Origin: Gammaproteobacteria bacterium | GTDB lineage: Bacteria > Pseudomonadota > Gammaproteobacteria > UBA4575 | DNA length: 64,000 bases | Direction of reading: 5' to 3' | Assembly: GCA_045105615.1 (NCBI GenBank) | Contig: JBGCDS010000027.1 | Coordinates: forward strand, 3,036 to 67,035 | Part shown: positions 59,937 to 64,000 of the stretch, one piece after another | Position numbering within the stretch: position 1 is the stretch's first letter | How the letters are laid out: each line of letters opens with the position of its first letter | The notes under the pieces: generated by a model | What the model was told of the DNA's origin: nothing | The model's input: the letters and a program-made list of their open reading frames with translations, nothing else | The model's database searches: none | Program-made: the position numbers and the translations under genes

Positions 59937-61816
59937 TGGGTTATAAAACTGTTGTAGAAGATGACATTGATGTACTGATCACTGGTGCTGGCATGGCCGG
60001 TACCGGTGCTGCATTCGAGTCTAGATATTGGGGCAAGGACAAGAAAATTGTCATTGCTGAGAAAGCAAACATGGATCGCTCAGGTGCAGTTGCACAGGGT
60101 CTATATGCTATCAACACATATATGGGAACTCGTTTCGGTGAAAACAATCCTGAAGATCACGTACGTTACGCGCGTATGGATTTGATGGGTATGGTACGTG
60201 AAGATTTGCTATTTGATATGGCTCGCCATGTTGATTCAGCAGTGCACCAATTCGAAGAATGGGGTTTGCCATTAATGCGTGATCCTAAGACCGGTGCTTA
60301 TCAGCGCGAAGGTCGTTGGCAGATCATGATTCACGGTGAGTCATACAAGCCTATCGTGGCTGAAGCTGCTAAAAAATCAGCAGACAAAGTATTCAACCGT
60401 ATCTGTGTTACTCATTTGTTAATGGATGATGCAAAAGAAAATCGTGTTGCTGGTGCTGTTGGCTTCAACGTACGTACGGGTGATTATCACGTATTCAAAT
60501 CTAAAGCTGTTGTTTGTGCTGCCGGTGGCGCGTCAAATATCTTCAAGCCTCGTTCAGTGGGTGAAGGTGCAGGTCGTGTTTGGTATGCACCATGGTCATC
60601 AGGTTCAGCTTACGGCTTGCTAATTGAAGCAGGCGCGAAAATGACACAGATGGAAAACCGTATTGTGTTAGCGCGCTTCAAAGACGGCTACGGTCCAGTA
60701 GGTGCTTACTTCTTACACCTTAAGACTTACACACAGAATGGTGTCGGCGAAGAGTATGAGTCAAAGTGGTTCCCTGAATTATCGAAAATGGTTGGTAAAG
60801 AATACCTCGATACAGAAGGTCAGCATTTATCTCATAAACCAATTCCAACTTGCTTACGTAACCATGCATTCATCAACGAAGTAAATGCAGGTCGCGGACC
60901 GATTCACATGGTTACCATGGAAGCGTTCCAAGATCCTCATCTTGAAGAAATTGGTTGGCATAACTTCTTAGGTATGACAGTTGGTCAAGCCGTCCTTTGG
61001 GCAGCAACTGACGTCGATCCTAAATATGAGAACCCTGAACTAACAACTTCAGAGCCATATGTAATGGGTTCACATGCCACCGGTTGTGGTGCATGGGTCT
61101 CAGGTCCAGAAGATATCGCACCAGATGAGTACTTCTGGGGTTACAACCGTATGACAACAGTTGAAGGTCTATTCGGCGCAGGTGATGCTGCTGGTGGTAC
61201 ACCACACGCATTCTCTTCTGGCTCATTCACAGAAGGTCGTTTAGCTGCTAAGGCTGCATGCAAATACATCGATGATGGAAAAGCAGAAGGCATTAGAGTT
61301 TCTCAAGAGCAAATTGATAGACGCGGTGAGCAAATCTTCAAGCCGATGGAACATTATAAAATCTATCGCAATGAGATTACTGCGGGTTCAGTCAATCCTA
61401 ATTACATCAACCCACGTCAGGGTCTTGATCGCTTGCAAAAGCTAATGGACGAGTACGCTGGTGGTGTAACTGTTAGCTATATGACCAACGACAAGCTACT
61501 TAACATCGGTCTCAAGAAGATGAAGATGCTTGAGGAAGACTTAGAGAAGATTGCTGCTGAAGATATCCATGAGTTACTTCGCGCATGGGAATTAAAGCAT
61601 CGTCAACTCTCTTCTGAAGCTGTGTTACAACACACTTTATTCCGCAAGGAAACTCGTTGGCCTGGTTACTACTACCGTGGTGACGCGATGAAACTAGATG
61701 ACCAAAATTGGCATGTATTAACTGTTTCACGTCGTGATCCTAAAACTGGTGAGTACACCATGGAAAAAGCTCCTTGCTATCACTTAGTTAGTGATGCAGA
61801 GGAAAAAGTTGCGTAA
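59936..61816 (+). CDS. aprA: adenylylsulfate (APS) reductase alpha subunit (FAD)
   Basis: 626 aa; LITGAGMAGTGAA FAD motif; fumarate-reductase-like fold; start overlaps aprB stop. Confidence 0.9.
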   Translation: MGYKTVVEDDIDVLITGAGMAGTGAAFESRYWGKDKKIVIAEKANMDRSGAVAQGLYAINTYMGTRFGENNPEDHVRYARMDLMGMVREDLLFDMARHVDSAVHQFEEWGLPLMRDPKTGAYQREGRWQIMIHGESYKPIVAEAAKKSADKVFNRICVTHLLMDDAKENRVAGAVGFNVRTGDYHVFKSKAVVCAAGGASNIFKPRSVGEGAGRVWYAPWSSGSAYGLLIEAGAKMTQMENRIVLARFKDGYGPVGAYFLHLKTYTQNGVGEEYESKWFPELSKMVGKEYLDTEGQHLSHKPIPTCLRNHAFINEVNAGRGPIHMVTMEAFQDPHLEEIGWHNFLGMTVGQAVLWAATDVDPKYENPELTTSEPYVMGSHATGCGAWVSGPEDIAPDEYFWGYNRMTTVEGLFGAGDAAGGTPHAFSSGSFTEGRLAAKAACKYIDDGKAEGIRVSQEQIDRRGEQIFKPMEHYKIYRNEITAGSVNPNYINPRQGLDRLQKLMDEYAGGVTVSYMTNDKLLNIGLKKMKMLEEDLEKIAAEDIHELLRAWELKHRQLSSEAVLQHTLFRKETRWPGYYYRGDAMKLDDQNWHVLTVSRRDPKTGEYTMEKAPCYHLVSDAEEKVA

Positions 61817-61828
61817 GTAGTCTTAACG

Positions 61829-61860
61829 ACAGGGGGTATTCAAAATTAGATATCCCCTGT
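61829..61860 (+). terminator. hairpin immediately after aprA stop (7-11 bp stem incl. G-U)
   Basis: acagggggtat-N9-atatcccctgt. Confidence 0.4.
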
Positions 61861-61870
61861 ACTTCACAGC

Positions 61871-61919
61871 TTTAACTAAAAAAGGCCAACAGCAAAACTG
61901 TTGGCCTTTTTTAGTTAAA
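61871..61919. terminator. bidirectional rho-independent terminator, 22-bp perfect arms, GC core GGCCAACAG, flanking A6/T6
   Basis: tttaactaaaaaaggccaacag-caaaa-ctgttggccttttttagttaaa. Confidence 0.8.
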
Positions 61920-61940
61920 AATCGTTTAAAATCCATAAAT

Positions 61941-62004
61941 ATAAAAGGGGTCAGTACCCTTTAAAAAATCATTAAAGAATTTAAAGGGTACTGACCCCTT
62001 TTAT
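61941..62004. repeat. 25-bp perfect inverted repeat with 14-nt loop
   Basis: ataaaaggggtcagtaccctttaaa-aaatcattaaagaa-tttaaagggtactgaccccttttat. Confidence 0.7.
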
Positions 62005-62028
62005 CACTCACACACTATAGATTTACCC

Positions 62029-62379
62029 ATGAACATAATTGATAAAACTGACGAAGAAATTCTAGCTATTGCAAACCCGATGTGGGACGACCTCATCAAG
62101 TACTCAAACGAAGGTGAATATGGCAAATTCATCCGCAACTTCTCCTACGACTTACTAATAGGCTTAAACGAAGTCGAAGTAGGCAAACAATTCGCAAAAA
62201 GCGAACTCACCAGAAACCTGCAGACTGATTACGATTTCCTTGGCATTATCCGTCGCGGAGAACACATCACTATTTTATATCGCGTAAGAAGCACAAAAAA
62301 AGAAGGTGAATGGCTAGGACGTTTTGTCCTTGGTTATGAACGCGAAGAGATTAAAATTTTTGCTGCCGCTATTTTTTAA
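62029..62379 (+). CDS. hypothetical protein
   Basis: 116 aa, no recognised domain. Confidence 0.4.
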   Translation: MNIIDKTDEEILAIANPMWDDLIKYSNEGEYGKFIRNFSYDLLIGLNEVEVGKQFAKSELTRNLQTDYDFLGIIRRGEHITILYRVRSTKKEGEWLGRFVLGYEREEIKIFAAAIF

Positions 62380-62424
62380 TTTAACCCGCAATTGATTGAA
62401 TAAATTACGGGCAGGAATACGACC

Positions 62425-62964
62425 ATGAATGAAACAACTAAAGATGTTATCGAAAATGGAAAGCTTGTTGAATTGATATACAAAATCATCGATTCAAAAT
62501 CTAACGAGGTGCTAACCTCAGTCGAATACCCTATTGGTTATATTCACGGTATTACCGAAGCTTTTGCACCTCAGGTGACTTCAGCATTGGAAGGCAAAGT
62601 TGTAGGTGATTTCATCGATGCACCCATTGACTGCAATACTCTATATGGCCCTCGTGATGAGTCATTAGTATTTACCGACCATATCGATAACGTGCCTGAA
62701 GAATACCGCGAAGTGGGCATGTCTATCTTGATGGAAAATGATCAAGGTCAAACAAAGAGTTTTCTAGTCACAAGAGTTGACGAAAAATCGGTGACCATTG
62801 ACGGCAACAATCCACTTTGCGAACGAGAAGTGATTTTCAAACTTGAAATTCTCACTGTACGCGATGCAACACCAGAAGAAATCGAAGTCGGTGGGCCGGT
62901 GAACGCTGAACCAGATATTAGTGAGATTGTAGGTAAAGATCAGCGTGTAGAGCCTATTAATTAG
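62425..62964 (+). CDS. slyD: FKBP-type peptidyl-prolyl cis-trans isomerase, SlyD-like
   Basis: FKBP core plus IF insertion; DGNNPLCEREVIFKLEILTVRDATPEEI aligns to SlyD DGNHMLAGQNLKFNVEVVAIREATEEEL. Confidence 0.7.
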   Translation: MNETTKDVIENGKLVELIYKIIDSKSNEVLTSVEYPIGYIHGITEAFAPQVTSALEGKVVGDFIDAPIDCNTLYGPRDESLVFTDHIDNVPEEYREVGMSILMENDQGQTKSFLVTRVDEKSVTIDGNNPLCEREVIFKLEILTVRDATPEEIEVGGPVNAEPDISEIVGKDQRVEPIN

Positions 62965-63009
62965 AACCTATTAGTTAATTTATCTATCCCCATAACACGG
63001 AGTGTTAAC

Positions 63010-64000
63010 TTGCCTCACAATTTATATGCCGAAACGCTTTTAACCCCAGGACTAAACGTTCCAATAGTATGGCGTTTTCAAAACAAAGCCTCGCATATTA
63101 TCAAACTACTTGATAGTGACTCGCCAGTATGTAAAGCACTCACTCAAGCAATTGATCGTTATGGTGAAACTTTCTTTGAGATAGCCCCGAATAAAGAAAC
63201 ACTCATTGAATGGGCTAACTCACAAAAAACCTTAGTCGACACCGCCGATGTCAGAGAACTAAGACTCGGTGGCGCTCATGTATTTCAGCAAGCCATCGAA
63301 CTATTCCAAGGCTTGCAAATGATGGTAGACAAGGAAGAAGACCCAGCAAGGTGGTCTGCAATTCATCACAACATTGGCGACATAATGGGCTTCATCGGAC
63401 AACGCAGTGGTAGCTCACATTTTCTTGAACAGGCAGCCATGTCTTACGAGTTAGCGCTAGAAGTGCGCACTCTTGAAGAGATGCCATATGAGTGGGCCAG
63501 TACTCAATACAGTCTAGGTGTTGTCATGCAAACACTAGGACAGCTGGAAGATGACACAGGTTTCTTAAAACAAGCGGCTGATATCTTTAAACAGGCTTCG
63601 ACAGGCTTAAAAAGAGAAGAGCATCCAGACGACTGGGCAACGGCATTATGCAGTGTCGGTAATGTGTTATGCCTATTGGGAACACATCGCAAAGGTTCAA
63701 GAACACTAGAACAAGCCGTTGTTGTCATGCGTAACGCCATGGCAGAACGTACCCCTGACAAATCAGCTTATGGCTGGGCAATCACACAAAATAATGTTGC
63801 GGCCACTCTACAAGCTTTAGGCAAGCATGAGGAAGACATTCAATCACTTGAAGAGTCGATTCCTATTTATGATGCCACCTTAAAAGCATTAGCAAAAGAT
63901 GATGTGCCGATGATGTGGGCAATGGTTACTGCCAATCGCGCATCAGCCATGCACGCCTTAGCAACCGAATCAGATCATGTCGAGATGGCGTTAAGAGCGG
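63010..64000 (+). CDS. TPR-like repeat protein, 5' portion (runs off window end)
   Basis: ORF open from 62965 to window end, absent from ORF track because no stop; repeated W..A...NLG.VL..LG helical-repeat pattern; TTG at 63010 is first candidate start. Confidence 0.5.
   Translation, partial: MPHNLYAETLLTPGLNVPIVWRFQNKASHIIKLLDSDSPVCKALTQAIDRYGETFFEIAPNKETLIEWANSQKTLVDTADVRELRLGGAHVFQQAIELFQGLQMMVDKEEDPARWSAIHHNIGDIMGFIGQRSGSSHFLEQAAMSYELALEVRTLEEMPYEWASTQYSLGVVMQTLGQLEDDTGFLKQAADIFKQASTGLKREEHPDDWATALCSVGNVLCLLGTHRKGSRTLEQAVVVMRNAMAERTPDKSAYGWAITQNNVAATLQALGKHEEDIQSLEESIPIYDATLKALAKDDVPMMWAMVTANRASAMHALATESDHVEMALRA

Noticed and set aside
63504-63761. 85-aa minus-strand ORF
   Set aside because: It lies within a long plus-strand TPR-like ORF (62965 to window end) that the track omits because it has no stop. 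Treated as the antisense shadow.

Overview
This is a low-GC (~40%) window that reads like a chromosome segment from a gammaproteobacterial sulfur oxidiser. Core housekeeping genes are hemA(partial)-prfA-prmC, gatCAB, mreBCD, rnd, bolA/ibaG, metY, slt, greB, trmB, ptrB, pdxH, msrA, tatD and tcdA, ending in an aprM-aprB-aprA adenylylsulfate reductase operon. I found no rRNA, tRNA, CRISPR, integrase or transposase signatures. Between the core genes sit several islands of poorly characterised genes. (1) prmC fused in frame to a TusE/DsrC-like domain that lacks the terminal cysteine. (2) An exported TlpA-thioredoxin, GC-tail lipoprotein (DUF4266-like), DUF3570-like barrel and ApbE flavin-transferase cluster. 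(3) An NsrR-type Rrf2 repressor with two globins and NsrR-like operator half-sites. (4) A membrane-anchored dynamin-family GTPase next to a ChaN-family protein. (5) A two-component system followed by a 32-bp perfect palindrome. The palindrome lies upstream of a 9-gene cfa/DUF1365/FAD-oxidase cluster that resembles the furan-fatty-acid (UfaM/UfaD/UfaO) pathway. (6) A merA-less OMP, MerP-like, MerT-like module with a Cys/His-rich secreted protein, adjacent to a DUF2470, YbjQ, YbjQ(TM), M48-peptidase operon. (7) A stack of three hairpins after aprA, including a 25-bp perfect inverted repeat. Coordinates of alternative starts were adjusted where the ORF-track start was clearly an upstream extension. 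Domain-family names are recalled from sequence motifs, not database hits.
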